A stretch of 64,000 nt of DNA from a virus (Duplodnaviria > Caudoviricetes): IMG/VR virus record IMGVR_UViG_3300011774_000001, positions 96,001 through 160,000 of that record, one strand, 5' to 3'. How positions within the stretch are numbered: position 1 is the first letter of the stretch; each line of letters starts with the position of its first letter. Positions 1 to 9,972 of this stretch are shown here, piece by piece. The notes under the pieces were generated by a model that was not told the origin of the DNA, ran no database searches, and worked only from the letters and a program-made list of their open reading frames with translations. The position numbers and the translations under genes are program-made.

Positions 1-1
1 G

Positions 2-523
2 CTTGCCTACGGTCAATTGCAGAACCTCGTTCTGACCGTGGACATGAGCCTGGTTGATGGTTCGTTCAAATCGTGGAAGTACGTGCAGCCTACAGGGGTC
101 ACTCTGTTTGCGCCGGCTTCGGCTGGTGATGAAACCAGCTACACGGTCAACTACGAACCAACCGACAACACGGTGTTCGGCATCAAATTGCAGGTGAAGG
201 GCGATTACCGTTCGGCTGGTACCTGGTTGATGGACGTGTCGATGAATGCGGGCAGTAAAGAAGACTGGCTGGACAAGATGTTCTTCAATACTCGCCCGAT
301 CTACAACCCGACCAGTGAGCTGCGTGCCCCAGCGCCGACTCACTTCAACCTTGTGATCGCAGGGGTCAGTAAGGAGTTCTCCACTGACAACTGGAAGACC
401 AAGCTTCTGATGAATGTCTTACCTGCGCCAGGCGAGCAGGTCCGTTTTGAATGGATCATGCGCGATGGCAACGGGGATCATCTGCTGGGCGTTAGCGCCG
501 TTCCAATGTTCCAGATTGACTGA
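2..523 (+). CDS. phiKZ-like virion structural protein, C-terminal part (5'-truncated by window)
   Basis: Frame open from position 2; directly upstream of terminase, as virion genes are in phiKZ-like phages. Confidence 0.6.
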   Translation, partial: LAYGQLQNLVLTVDMSLVDGSFKSWKYVQPTGVTLFAPASAGDETSYTVNYEPTDNTVFGIKLQVKGDYRSAGTWLMDVSMNAGSKEDWLDKMFFNTRPIYNPTSELRAPAPTHFNLVIAGVSKEFSTDNWKTKLLMNVLPAPGEQVRFEWIMRDGNGDHLLGVSAVPMFQID

Positions 524-529
524 TAGAAC

Positions 530-559
530 TGCCCGCTCCTCCGAAAGGAGGGGCGGGTA
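530..559 (+). terminator. GC-rich hairpin, GAAA loop
   Basis: TGCCCGCTCCTCC-GAAA-GGAGGGGCGGGTA; no U-tract. Confidence 0.55.
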
Positions 560-574
560 TTAGGAGCGACGATT

Positions 575-2755
575 ATGATTTTACATGACGGGGATATTGA
601 CCAGTACCCCGGTGCCATTTATGACGTGCACACAAGTAACAAGAGCTTTGTGCGTTATGTGGCACTGCTTCGAAAGATGGGCGTTAAGAACGCCTACTTC
701 TGTTTGGCCTTGTTACACCCAGAATTGCAAGGCGTAGACCCGCACGATAAGAACTTGGATGAACAGACCAAGGTGAAGATCTGGCGGGAGTGCATGGAAA
801 ACCCGTGGTACTTCATCCGGGAAGTTATCCGTATTAAAGCGGGTGACATGATTCCGTACATCGCCAACCGTGGCAACATGGCTTTGATGTGGCTCTTCCT
901 TAACCACATCGACATGTTCCTCATTCAGCCTCGTCAGACCGGTAAGTCGGTGGGGGCTGACTGTTTGATGTTGTGGTTGATTTACTTTGGCTGTTATAAC
1001 GTCGACATACAGCTAATCACAAAAGACGCCAAGCTTCGAACGGACAACATCCTTCGACTCAAGGCAATGCGCGACGGCATACCGCAGTGGCTGGTGCTTC
1101 ACTCCAAGGGTGACCCAGACAACACGGAAGAGATTGGTTATGAAGCGCGCAAGATGCGCTACATCGCAAAGGTACCACGTGCCTCTGCAACGGACGCTGA
1201 GAAAGTAGGTCGGGGTGCTACCTCTCCGATCCTGCAGTTCGACGAAGCCCCCTTCATCAACCACATTGGCATTACCCTACCGTCGGCGATGGGTTCCTCT
1301 ACTCGGGCCCGTGAGAACGCCAGACGCCTGGGTGCACCGTACGGTGTGCTGTACACAACCACCGCTGGTAAGATCGACAGCCGCGATGGTCGTTTCGTTT
1401 ACGACATGCTGCAGGGTGCTGCAACGTGGAACGAACGTTACATGGATGCTGGCTCGCAAGCTGCCCTTGAACAGATGATCATGGACAACTGCACCGGCGA
1501 CGTACCGCTGATGAACGTCACCATGTCTCACCGCCAGTTGGGTTACACCGACGAATGGCTGTGGGAAACCATGGCACGAAACAAAGCGTACGGCGAGATC
1601 GCAGAACGCGACTACATGAACCGCTGGACCAACGGTACCGGTAGTAACCCTATCGATGCCAAAACGTTGGAACGCATTACCAAGTCTGAGCGTGAGCCAG
1701 ATTGGGTGGAGCTGTCCAAAGAAGGGTACATGGTCAACTGGTACGTCCCGAAAGAGAAGATCCAGGAGTTCATGACCCAGCGTCGATTCATCATGGGTCT
1801 CGATACCTCCGATGCGATCGGTCGAGATGGTATTGCCATGATCATTATCGATACCCGGTCTCTGGCTGTGGTGGCGTCGGGTGTGTTCAACCGCACCAAC
1901 ATCTACCGCTGGATCAGTTTCTTGGGTGCTTTCATGTTGTCCTACCCAACGGTTACGCTCATCCCAGAGCGCAAGTCGTCGGCGCAATCGATCGTCGATG
2001 GTCTCATTCAGATTCTGGATGCGGCTGGTGTGGACCCGTTCCGTCGGATCTTCAACCACATCGTCGACAACCGCGAGCGCTACTCGGAAGAGTTTGTCAA
2101 CACCGGCAACTCCATGCTGCGTCGTCGTATGTTCGAAACCCACAAGCAACACTTCGGGTTCAACACCACAGGCGATTCTCGTACTCAGCTCTACGTCAAC
2201 GTACTCAACAGTGCGCTGGATGATGCCGCTGGCAAGATCCAAGACAAGAAGCTGTCTGGCGAGTTCAGAAGCCTTGTGGTCAAGAACGGTCGAATCGACC
2301 ACCAGACTGGCGGTCACGACGACTCCATCATTGCGTATCTCATGGCCCAATGGATGTTGCTCCATGCGAAGAACCTTTCGCACTATGGCATCCAGAAGTC
2401 GGACATTCGTACCGAAGTCATCAAAGGCAAAGACACCATCTCGGTGCAGGACATGATTCGTCAGGATCGTGCTCGCAAAATCCGCGATCAACTGGACACT
2501 TTGTTCAGTGCACTCAACGATGCCGAGTCGGATGTGGAAGCCATTCGTTACGAACACGAGATCCGTCACCTCATGTCCATTACCGTGGATATCGGGGAAT
2601 CGGCCGAGAGTATTCAGGAACTTATCGACGCTGCCACTGTGCGGCGCCGTGAGCGCCTGCGTAATCGCCGGATGGGTAGTCCAACCATGCAACCAGGCTT
2701 CGGCTGGATGCAGAACCGTGGACAAGGTTACACACCACCTTCCATGACCTGCTGA
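575..2755 (+). CDS. terL: terminase large subunit (phiKZ-type)
   Basis: Walker A QPRQTGKS, Walker B ILQFDE, motif III YTTT, nuclease MGLDTS and GHDD; SD TAGGAG. Confidence 0.93.
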   Translation: MILHDGDIDQYPGAIYDVHTSNKSFVRYVALLRKMGVKNAYFCLALLHPELQGVDPHDKNLDEQTKVKIWRECMENPWYFIREVIRIKAGDMIPYIANRGNMALMWLFLNHIDMFLIQPRQTGKSVGADCLMLWLIYFGCYNVDIQLITKDAKLRTDNILRLKAMRDGIPQWLVLHSKGDPDNTEEIGYEARKMRYIAKVPRASATDAEKVGRGATSPILQFDEAPFINHIGITLPSAMGSSTRARENARRLGAPYGVLYTTTAGKIDSRDGRFVYDMLQGAATWNERYMDAGSQAALEQMIMDNCTGDVPLMNVTMSHRQLGYTDEWLWETMARNKAYGEIAERDYMNRWTNGTGSNPIDAKTLERITKSEREPDWVELSKEGYMVNWYVPKEKIQEFMTQRRFIMGLDTSDAIGRDGIAMIIIDTRSLAVVASGVFNRTNIYRWISFLGAFMLSYPTVTLIPERKSSAQSIVDGLIQILDAAGVDPFRRIFNHIVDNRERYSEEFVNTGNSMLRRRMFETHKQHFGFNTTGDSRTQLYVNVLNSALDDAAGKIQDKKLSGEFRSLVVKNGRIDHQTGGHDDSIIAYLMAQWMLLHAKNLSHYGIQKSDIRTEVIKGKDTISVQDMIRQDRARKIRDQLDTLFSALNDAESDVEAIRYEHEIRHLMSITVDIGESAESIQELIDAATVRRRERLRNRRMGSPTMQPGFGWMQNRGQGYTPPSMTC

Positions 2756-2793
2756 CATACGCCCCCTCCCCATCACGGGGAGGGGGCTATGCC
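2754..2793. terminator. bidirectional hairpin between convergent genes
   Basis: GACATA-c-GCCCCCTCCCC-atcac-GGGGAGGGGGC-TATGCC. Confidence 0.8.
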
Positions 2794-2794
2794 G

Positions 2795-3193
2795 TTAGGC
2801 GTTACGAATGGCTTCGATGGCCAACTTCACTGGAGCATGATCGTCTTCGGTGATCTGTGGATCAGCTTCACCCATGCGAGCCTTGAGACCCTGCAGAGAT
2901 TCACACACCGCTTGGATGAGACCCGTGGCCACTGTCAGCGACTCTACGGCCACCTGATAGTTGGTGTGGGTCACTTGGGTAGTGAACGACTCCATGACGA
3001 TCTGTGGTGGGAGAACGGCCTTGAACTGGCTGGCATGTTCTTTCGACACACCGCCAATCCCTTGGATGGCCTCTAGCTGCATCTGGAATTCCTTAGCCCG
3101 TTCATTGGCCAGGGTTTCCAGATCGTTCAATTCCTCGATAGACATGTTGGCCATTGCCGACAAGTCCACGTCTGTCAGTCCGGGAATGATCAT
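2795..3193 (-). CDS. putative head/inner-body-type protein
   Basis: xLE/xME/AVE motifs (QLEA, VMES, AVES) resemble prohead-protease cleavage sites in phiKZ head proteins. Confidence 0.5.
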   Translation of the reverse strand: MIIPGLTDVDLSAMANMSIEELNDLETLANERAKEFQMQLEAIQGIGGVSKEHASQFKAVLPPQIVMESFTTQVTHTNYQVAVESLTVATGLIQAVCESLQGLKARMGEADPQITEDDHAPVKLAIEAIRNA

Positions 3194-3202
3194 AATGGTC
3201 CT

Positions 3203-4528
3203 TTACTTGTAGTAGTTCATGGTAAGGGCACGGACCACGATGTAGAGTTCGAGGGCAGTGCGCAGGGAGGCGATCTGTGAATCAGACTTGGACAGCTTGG
3301 ACTTGCGAACAATCTCTTCAGCATAGTCACGCGCTTTGATCAAGCCTTGATCCTTCATACGGGATGCGCCGTAGAGGTCTTTGAGTTTGCTGACGAGACC
3401 AGCGAGGTTGTCCACCGACTTGATGTCGATGCGGTTCTGCTGGATGTACTCGATGGCGTGTAGGACCAGCTCTTCGGACAGCTCGTTGGTGGGGACTTTG
3501 GTGCGTCCCTTGTGTGCCTCGCAGACCCACTTCAAAAGATCCCAGAAGAGGTTCTCAGACACCGTACTGACCATCTCACGAACAATGGTCACCACCTCAT
3601 CACGGATAAAGGTGTTGGCATCATTCATCACCGACTGGATGTAGGTAACGTAGCGTTTGTTACCGTCAGTATTGGATTTGAGCATCAGCTCACCGTCAAT
3701 CACCAACGTCGAGGTTGTGGTACGAATACGCCCACCGTTACGACGAATGTCCATGTGGACCTGGAAAATCTTCTTGACCACTTCACGCAAACGGTCTTGT
3801 GGTTCAGTCACCGCGTAGGTCACACGACTGTCGGGTGCGTAGTGCGTTACCACACGGGCGTGAATACCGTTGGGTGCCAAGAAGTTCTCAGCACGGGTTG
3901 TGAACCATGCGCCCCAGCTACCCGCCTGCTTGATACCCCACTTGAGGTCGAGCGAGGCATAGGTGGCCTTGGCTTCCTCGATGGAGGCTGGCTTGTCATA
4001 CCAGTGGGACAGGAGCGAGGTGAACAGCTTTACCTGCAGCATGTAGAACACGTCGATCTTCGCTTGGTCTTTATCCTTGAGCGGGATCTTGCTGGAGGTA
4101 TGAAGGCGGTGCAGCAAATACAGCGCAGCGGTGTTGTACGGATCAGACAGACGAGCAAAGTCAGACTGAATCAGTGGCGTCTTGACGATGAGTTGGCGAG
4201 CATCGTGTTCATCGATACCCAACACGTCCTCAAAGAACACGTCACGGTCCATCTTGGTGTGCCGTACGATTTCCACACCGAGCAGGTTGCCACCGAAGAA
4301 TGCAATGTGGTCTTCGTTCTTGTTAATGAAGCCAGACTTGTAACGACGGATGCGGTCCACCAGATACTTGTCCACTACAAGGTCAACGCACAGATCATCG
4401 TAGACCTGTTTGATAGCGTCACCTGTGGCACCCAATGCCTCCAATGCCATGAGCGGGGCTGGGTTGTTATGGTGGGCTCTGTCGAACTCTTGGTCGAACC
4501 CGTAGGTACTTAACAGTTGGTATGACAT
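3203..4528 (-). CDS. conserved phiKZ-like virion protein (possibly virion RNA polymerase-associated)
   Basis: 441-aa ORF; motif HIAFFGGNLLGV recalled from jumbo-phage virion proteins; function uncertain. Confidence 0.5.
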   Translation of the reverse strand: MSYQLLSTYGFDQEFDRAHHNNPAPLMALEALGATGDAIKQVYDDLCVDLVVDKYLVDRIRRYKSGFINKNEDHIAFFGGNLLGVEIVRHTKMDRDVFFEDVLGIDEHDARQLIVKTPLIQSDFARLSDPYNTAALYLLHRLHTSSKIPLKDKDQAKIDVFYMLQVKLFTSLLSHWYDKPASIEEAKATYASLDLKWGIKQAGSWGAWFTTRAENFLAPNGIHARVVTHYAPDSRVTYAVTEPQDRLREVVKKIFQVHMDIRRNGGRIRTTTSTLVIDGELMLKSNTDGNKRYVTYIQSVMNDANTFIRDEVVTIVREMVSTVSENLFWDLLKWVCEAHKGRTKVPTNELSEELVLHAIEYIQQNRIDIKSVDNLAGLVSKLKDLYGASRMKDQGLIKARDYAEEIVRKSKLSKSDSQIASLRTALELYIVVRALTMNYYK

Positions 4529-4582
4529 GATGGGTTCCCTAGGGGATTAACGGACTATACGATAGAACCTGATTTAAAGAGA

Positions 4583-4610
4583 TTTCAAACCTAGATTACC
4601 AACATGAATG
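4583..4610 (+). promoter_or_regulatory. phage early promoter, copy 1
   Basis: TTTCAAACC-TAGATTAC-CAACATGAATG; core is one base from phiKZ early motif TATATTAC; six copies in window. Confidence 0.75.
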
Positions 4611-4638
4611 ACAGTCAATAATGATCGTTGTTCTAACT

Positions 4639-4660
4639 ATTCCCACGTCCTAAGGAGGAC
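4639..4660 (+). repeat. SD-hairpin leader, copy 1
   Basis: ATTCCCAC-GTCCT-AAGG-AGGAC. Confidence 0.85.
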
Positions 4661-4665
4661 ATGCC

Positions 4666-5556
4666 ATGAAACAAGCGAACATTACTTTCATCGAAGGTGT
4701 TGACGGTGCCCTGATCTTCCAATACGAAGGTCGCAACTTCCTTTACGCTGGTCGTAAGGATGGCCTGATGTATGGCATCTCCACGGCTGGCAACAACTGG
4801 AAGCACCTGCTGGAGGACGCTGGTAATCGTGAGTACGAGAAGGTTGGTGAGCGGGCTGCCAAGCTTGGCTTGGACTTCATGACCTTTGATCTGGGGGTTC
4901 TCAAGATCGATGCTGTCGCCAAGCTATCGGATCTGATGGAGACCTACGATGACTTCGAAGGTCTGGGTGTCATGACCATCAGCAAAACCGATTGCCGTTC
5001 TCCAGACGGTATCACCATCGGGTTGATCGATGGCATGATCGCCATGGCTCGGGTGCTGCGTAAGGCCAACCTCGGCGCAGCAGAAGTACAGGAGGCTCTC
5101 AAGGACTTCACCGCCGATGAGGATGTGAAGTGGCTGATGGAGCACTCGGTACAGAACTGGGAGTTCGGTGAGGAGGTCGATAAGGACTGGCAGTTAGGCG
5201 ATCCTCTGACACCTGTAGTTGTCATTCCTGAGGCAGCTCTTCAGTCCGCTGGAGAGCAGTCGAAAGAAGGCATGTTCAAGGTGGAGTACGCCCAGAAGAC
5301 CTGGCCATGCGGTTGGGATCAGGAGGACTCTGTGGCTGAGTTCGCTAACCGGGACGAGCTGAACACTTGGCTGCTGGGCAAGATCGAGTGGTGCAAGTAC
5401 GAGGAGAACGGCTTCCGCTGCCGCGTCTACTTGTACAAGGACAACTTCCCGTACTCGGTTGGTAAGGGTGAGTGGACTGACAAACAGTTCGCTGACGTAG
5501 GTCTCAACTGGAAGCCTACTGTTGAAATCCTGGCCGACATGGAATGGATGAAGTAA
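4666..5556 (+). CDS. hypothetical early protein
   Basis: 296-aa ORF, strong SD, first gene after promoter. Confidence 0.8.
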   Translation: MKQANITFIEGVDGALIFQYEGRNFLYAGRKDGLMYGISTAGNNWKHLLEDAGNREYEKVGERAAKLGLDFMTFDLGVLKIDAVAKLSDLMETYDDFEGLGVMTISKTDCRSPDGITIGLIDGMIAMARVLRKANLGAAEVQEALKDFTADEDVKWLMEHSVQNWEFGEEVDKDWQLGDPLTPVVVIPEAALQSAGEQSKEGMFKVEYAQKTWPCGWDQEDSVAEFANRDELNTWLLGKIEWCKYEENGFRCRVYLYKDNFPYSVGKGEWTDKQFADVGLNWKPTVEILADMEWMK

Positions 5557-6132
5557 ATGCAAGTAACTGTCCTACCTCCACAACCGGATGGTAAGCAGTT
5601 GACTGCTCGGCATGTCGTCAAGACTCTTGGTGAACATGCCGCAGCTTTCATGCTGGCCAACAACATCCGTGGGTTCCAGAAGGATGATGACTACGTCTTG
5701 CGAGACGATCTGGTCATGGACATCCTCCTGGGCATCGCTTGTACCACCGGACTCACTCGGACCCAAGCCAAAGAGTTTGGGTTCAAGATACGGGTCCTTA
5801 CCAAAGCTGCTGGGATTAAAGTCAGTTTGTCTGAATGCTTTAACCTGGTGGCCAGGGCGCTGGGCTACCATGCCTACAACCTAGCCCATATGTGTTCAGA
5901 TGAGGAAGGCTTCATCGAGAACCTGTGGGCTTATGGTGTTATCATCAATACACAGATGCTGGATGCTGATGATGACAAATCGGTCATGCGAACTAACCGT
6001 CAACACTGGCGAATGCTCGTGGATCGGCGCAAGAAGAACTCCGGTCAGAAGATCATCAAACCGGATATGTCGGAAAAGAAATCTACTCGTTTAAAACGTG
6101 AGCGTGCTCGGCCAATCGAGTACCGCGTTTAA
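5557..6132 (+). CDS. hypothetical protein with Glyoxalase_8-like helical motif
   Basis: GIKVSLSECFNLVARALGYHAYN; abuts previous stop. Confidence 0.6.
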   Translation: MQVTVLPPQPDGKQLTARHVVKTLGEHAAAFMLANNIRGFQKDDDYVLRDDLVMDILLGIACTTGLTRTQAKEFGFKIRVLTKAAGIKVSLSECFNLVARALGYHAYNLAHMCSDEEGFIENLWAYGVIINTQMLDADDDKSVMRTNRQHWRMLVDRRKKNSGQKIIKPDMSEKKSTRLKRERARPIEYRV

Positions 6133-6154
6133 TCCCCAAGATCTAAGGAGATCT
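6131..6154 (+). repeat. SD-hairpin leader, copy 2 (compensatory stem)
   Basis: AATCCCCA-AGATCT-AAGG-AGATCT. Confidence 0.8.
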
Positions 6155-6158
6155 AAAA

Positions 6159-6572
6159 ATGGCTTTCAAAGACTACTCCCCTAAATCCCTGCTGACCGGT
6201 GGTTTCCTCGTAGCAGTGTGCTTTGCCATCATGACCTTCTTGTTCATGCTGGCGTACCGGATCGTGGGTCAATTGCCGACCAACGTCTTGACCGTTCTCT
6301 CGGTGGTGTACTTCATCTGGCAGTTCTTCCACTTTGCGAGCAATCCCAAAAAGGAAGATGAGTACATCAACAATCTGGCCCGAGTCTACAGCTACTCGTG
6401 GGCCAAGCACTTCAACGCAATCATGATGTTGGTAAACGGTGCGGCGCTGTTGGCCTTGTTCATTTTGGGCTGGTGGTTCGTGCTGGTCGTAGGTGTTGTA
6501 ACTTCGGCGATCGTGTGGAAACACTTCGACCGAGCTGAAGCCCGGTACATCGCTTCTGTTGTTGCTAACTAA
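6159..6572 (+). CDS. membrane protein (~4 TM)
   Basis: Four hydrophobic segments. Confidence 0.8.
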   Translation: MAFKDYSPKSLLTGGFLVAVCFAIMTFLFMLAYRIVGQLPTNVLTVLSVVYFIWQFFHFASNPKKEDEYINNLARVYSYSWAKHFNAIMMLVNGAALLALFILGWWFVLVVGVVTSAIVWKHFDRAEARYIASVVAN

Positions 6573-6596
6573 TCCCCCAACTTCGAGGTAGTCGTC

Positions 6597-7082
6597 ATGT
6601 TCAGTATGTCCAACCACGCTCAAGACAAAGCAGTTTTCAATGACCACGTGGACACCATTATCGAAGCACTGCGTGCCGAAGATTACATGGTCCGTCTCGA
6701 CAAGGAAGGTGCCAGCAACAAGAAGCACCAGCTGCTCGGCGTCGTGCTCTGCTACAGCGACAATGCCACGCAGTTCGTCTGCCCTTGCTACAACGACCTG
6801 GAGTTCGAGTTGAACCCCATCCGTCTGAAGGAAGGCAAACTGTGCGTCACCCAGAAGTCCATCGGCATGGCCACCAGCGTGGGTCTCAAGTGGTTTGAAA
6901 CCAAATCACTGACCTACACCGGCAGCCTGTCGATGTTCCTGACTCGCGAAGAAGAACTCGCTGGTCTGGAATACACCCCACCTCCGCTGTATGTGGTGGT
7001 GGTAGACGAACCGCTGGTATCCCAAGCCGAAGCTGCGGCCAACGCTGCTGACGCCGTCAAAGATACACCAGCTGCTGTATGA
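6597..7082 (+). CDS. hypothetical early protein (likely paralog of the N-terminus of 8231..9331)
   Basis: QFVCPCYN...LKEGKLCV vs EYICPAAN...NAEGDLFL; degenerate leader AATCCCCCAA. Confidence 0.75.
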   Translation: MFSMSNHAQDKAVFNDHVDTIIEALRAEDYMVRLDKEGASNKKHQLLGVVLCYSDNATQFVCPCYNDLEFELNPIRLKEGKLCVTQKSIGMATSVGLKWFETKSLTYTGSLSMFLTREEELAGLEYTPPPLYVVVVDEPLVSQAEAAANAADAVKDTPAAV

Positions 7083-7084
7083 TC

Positions 7085-7118
7085 CATAGGGCCTTCGCAA
7101 GAGGGCCCGCTCTTATGC
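7085..7118 (+). terminator. hairpin flanked by CATA/TATG
   Basis: CATA-GGGCCTTC-GCAA-GAGGGCCC-gctct-TATGC. Confidence 0.65.
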
Positions 7119-7148
7119 ACATTCATTGGGAGTGTGCATAAAAGTCAT

Positions 7149-7172
7149 AATCCCCAAGTCCTAAGGAGGACT
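7149..7172 (+). repeat. SD-hairpin leader, copy 3
   Basis: AATCCCCA-AGTCCT-AAGG-AGGACT. Confidence 0.85.
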
Positions 7173-7175
7173 GCA

Positions 7176-8198
7176 ATGAAAGACCTGGAAAAGAAATACT
7201 CGGCTGCCGACATCGAATCGGCCAAAGCCTGGGTTCGCAATGAGTGCGGTGCCATGAGTGAGGAGGGTTTCGAGAAAGCAGTTAAGCAAGTGCTCGAAAT
7301 GCGTGAGACCACCCATGTGATCAAACTGGATGGTGCCGTACCACTGAACATGTACGGCGGCCCTACTCCAAAGGTGGAGCTGCTGGACCCAGAGCCTGCG
7401 GAAGAGCCTCTGCTGAATCTGGACAACGTCCGCCGGATGCCAGAGATGCAGAAGCCTGACCTGTCATTTGAAGACAGGGTCACCAATCGCCTGATGCTGG
7501 CAATGGCTCGGGGTGAGATTGTGCTGGCGCTGGATGGCACTCCTGAAGGTAAAGCTCACGATGCCAAGGTGGTCAAAGATTACCTGACTCGTGAGGCTGG
7601 GTACTACCCCTACGAGACTCGCGATCAGTGGTTGGCTTCCAATGGTGGCGTCACCAGCGATGGTCATGGATCGCTGTGGTTCGAATACCCAGGCGACGGC
7701 ATGAGCGACATCAACCCGCCTCGACCAAGTGAGAAGCATGCCACCGATCTGCTAGACAAACTGCCAGCGCGGCAGCTAGGTCAGAACGTGGACTTTGCCG
7801 ACATTGCGCCAAGCGACTTTGAGTTGTTGGGCATTGATCCATCGGAAGCCAAGCCACGACCTGTGTTTGTAGAGGTGGACATCTCCAAACTGGCAGAGGG
7901 TGAAAGCTACATCACGCCAGACGGCAAGAGCTACACCAAGGTGCATGGTCGCATGGTGCCTTCAGACGCGGTGCAGACGGCTCTGTCTTCGATTCACTTG
8001 GACCGACCTGCATCTCCTGCTCGTCAGGAAATGTTCAAACGTCACGTGGATCTTAAGCTGGAGGACATGAAGCTCAGTCCTGCAGACGAGGCCACAGGTT
8101 TTGAGAAGGCGTTCCGCGAACGTCATCCTGACCTGCATCGTGGACTGCCACCTGGCCATGCCCTCAAAGTCACCCCAATCAAAAACGATGATAAATAA
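7176..8198 (+). CDS. hypothetical early protein
   Basis: Start moved to the ATG at 7176 behind the SD leader. Confidence 0.8.
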   Translation: MKDLEKKYSAADIESAKAWVRNECGAMSEEGFEKAVKQVLEMRETTHVIKLDGAVPLNMYGGPTPKVELLDPEPAEEPLLNLDNVRRMPEMQKPDLSFEDRVTNRLMLAMARGEIVLALDGTPEGKAHDAKVVKDYLTREAGYYPYETRDQWLASNGGVTSDGHGSLWFEYPGDGMSDINPPRPSEKHATDLLDKLPARQLGQNVDFADIAPSDFELLGIDPSEAKPRPVFVEVDISKLAEGESYITPDGKSYTKVHGRMVPSDAVQTALSSIHLDRPASPARQEMFKRHVDLKLEDMKLSPADEATGFEKAFRERHPDLHRGLPPGHALKVTPIKNDDK

Positions 8199-8205
8199 TC
8201 ATCCT

Positions 8206-8227
8206 ATCCCCAAGTCCTTAGGAGGAC
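8206..8227 (+). repeat. SD-hairpin leader, copy 4
   Basis: ATCCCCAA-GTCCT-TAGG-AGGAC. Confidence 0.85.
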
Positions 8228-8230
8228 AAC

Positions 8231-9331
8231 ATGTCTAAAGCTTCCCGTGACCTGATCAAAAACCTGACTCCAGAAAACCGCAATCTGGTGTTGTTGTTGC
8301 AAATGCGAATGGGTCACTACATCGATGGCGAGATCACGATCTGCAAACAGGTCGTCATTCTCACCCAGAACGATCGGGAGTACATCTGCCCGGCTGCTAA
8401 CCCATTCACTGGTCGCATGAACTACAAACCTCTGCAACTGAATGCAGAAGGTGATCTGTTCTTGTCCCCAATCGCGTTGCAGGGTGGTTGCAACTTTATC
8501 GGCGTGCTGGACATCATGGTGGGTGCTGAGGAATTGGCGCAAACCATGCGCACTGTCTCTGCCCTCAAGAGCGCTCCAGCCGCCACTAAGGGTGTGGATG
8601 TGGTCGTCATGGGTAACGAGATGCAGAGCGCTGTGGGGTACAGCGATGGTCTTATCAATCCTGAGTTGGTGATCACCCAAGATGCTATCCAGCGTCGGCT
8701 GGTAGGCCCTTGGGATGGTCCAGGTTGGGATGAAGGGATGGATGAGGAAACTCGTCGTAATCGTCTCTTTCTCTGGGATAAGGCATCTTCAATGGGTGAG
8801 GTCAGTGAAACGACCAAACGTCAGATCCTTGAAGCCACCAACTCATTCCCCAATGTGCGAGACATTCATGGTGGGTACTACCGCAATCCAATTGCGGATC
8901 TGCCAGAGAGTCTGCCGCTGCCAGAAGGTGGTCGGGATGCTCGCAAGTTCCGTGAGGTCACTGTTGGTGAAATGATGGAGGCGCTCCCAGATCGCTCTGA
9001 TATTCAGATCAGTTTGGACCGCGCCCCACGCCAATCCCCGATTCGTATTCACGGCGAGTCTGAGATGAACCCTAACTACCCTCTTGGGATGTCAATCAAT
9101 CCTGAGGTGTTGGCAACCATCGATGCCTGGGCTGACCCAGAACTGCGCAGTGCTGCAAAGTCCATACTGAGCAGCCAGACCCCGCTGAGCGATTCGGAAT
9201 ACTTCAATCGCAAGATGCAAATGCCTGGTTACCAGCCTGCCAAGTTCAGCTTCTGGACTCGCATGGGTTGGAAGTGGGCAGATCTCAAAGACCGCGTTGG
9301 TCGTTTCTTCTCTAACCTGTTCAAACGTTAA
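8231..9331 (+). CDS. hypothetical early protein
   Basis: 366-aa ORF, SD leader. Confidence 0.8.
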   Translation: MSKASRDLIKNLTPENRNLVLLLQMRMGHYIDGEITICKQVVILTQNDREYICPAANPFTGRMNYKPLQLNAEGDLFLSPIALQGGCNFIGVLDIMVGAEELAQTMRTVSALKSAPAATKGVDVVVMGNEMQSAVGYSDGLINPELVITQDAIQRRLVGPWDGPGWDEGMDEETRRNRLFLWDKASSMGEVSETTKRQILEATNSFPNVRDIHGGYYRNPIADLPESLPLPEGGRDARKFREVTVGEMMEALPDRSDIQISLDRAPRQSPIRIHGESEMNPNYPLGMSINPEVLATIDAWADPELRSAAKSILSSQTPLSDSEYFNRKMQMPGYQPAKFSFWTRMGWKWADLKDRVGRFFSNLFKR

Positions 9332-9333
9332 TT

Positions 9334-9355
9334 ATTCCCAAGTCCTAAGGAGGAC
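9334..9355 (+). repeat. SD-hairpin leader, copy 5
   Basis: ATTCCCAA-GTCCT-AAGG-AGGAC. Confidence 0.85.
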
Positions 9356-9358
9356 ATC

Positions 9359-9559
9359 ATGGTTTCTGTTAAAGGTATCGCTATTCTCGTTTTCGGTATG
9401 GTTGTAGGTGGTGTGGTCGTTTCCAATTCGTCGGCCATGCAAAGTTCTCCGGCTGCCAAAGCCAACGCTGAAGAAGTCATCACCGGTCACCGCGTAAATC
9501 CGCTGGGCCAAGAGATGCTCACTTTCAAAGGCGCCCGTGCACAGATCGTTGCACTCTGA
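9359..9559 (+). CDS. small exported/membrane protein
   Basis: Signal-like N-terminal hydrophobic segment; SD leader. Confidence 0.7.
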   Translation: MVSVKGIAILVFGMVVGGVVVSNSSAMQSSPAAKANAEEVITGHRVNPLGQEMLTFKGARAQIVAL

Positions 9560-9583
9560 TAACCTACCAGCTGGAGAGATACC

Positions 9584-9970
9584 ATGGATCTGTTTGACGT
9601 TGTAACCACTTCTTCTTCCACCCGTCACATGGAATTCAAAGACGAGTGGTTCACCCGCAGCGAGGGCTTCAAAGCTCTGGTCAATGCGGAAATCCCTGAA
9701 CTGGAAGTGGGTGGTGTAATTGCTACCCGCGCTCCTGCCGACAACCGTCTGTTGGTCATCGGCACCCCTTTCGGCAATGTGGTGGTCATGGAGGTTGATC
9801 GCGATAAGCGTCACGCTCTGTTGTACTCCACCCCTGCCATCGAAGGATTGTTTGGTCACTGCTATCTTCCAGATGACCAACTCGAAGGCATAATCGGCGC
9901 ATGGGGCAAAGATAATATCGGCCACCGTCTCGCCAAGTTTTCCACCATCCATGAGACCAAAGGAGGTTAA
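9584..9970 (+). CDS. hypothetical protein (GTPFGNVVV motif recalled from jumbo-phage early proteins)
   Basis: SD GGAG; motif. Confidence 0.75.
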   Translation: MDLFDVVTTSSSTRHMEFKDEWFTRSEGFKALVNAEIPELEVGGVIATRAPADNRLLVIGTPFGNVVVMEVDRDKRHALLYSTPAIEGLFGHCYLPDDQLEGIIGAWGKDNIGHRLAKFSTIHETKGG

Positions 9971-9972
9971 TC

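Noticed and set aside
1277-2776. Long antisense ORFs (also 3512..4513, 41744..43084, 54489..55553, 58103..59116)
   Set aside because: Shadow frames of real genes caused by codon bias; no SD or recognisable motifs.
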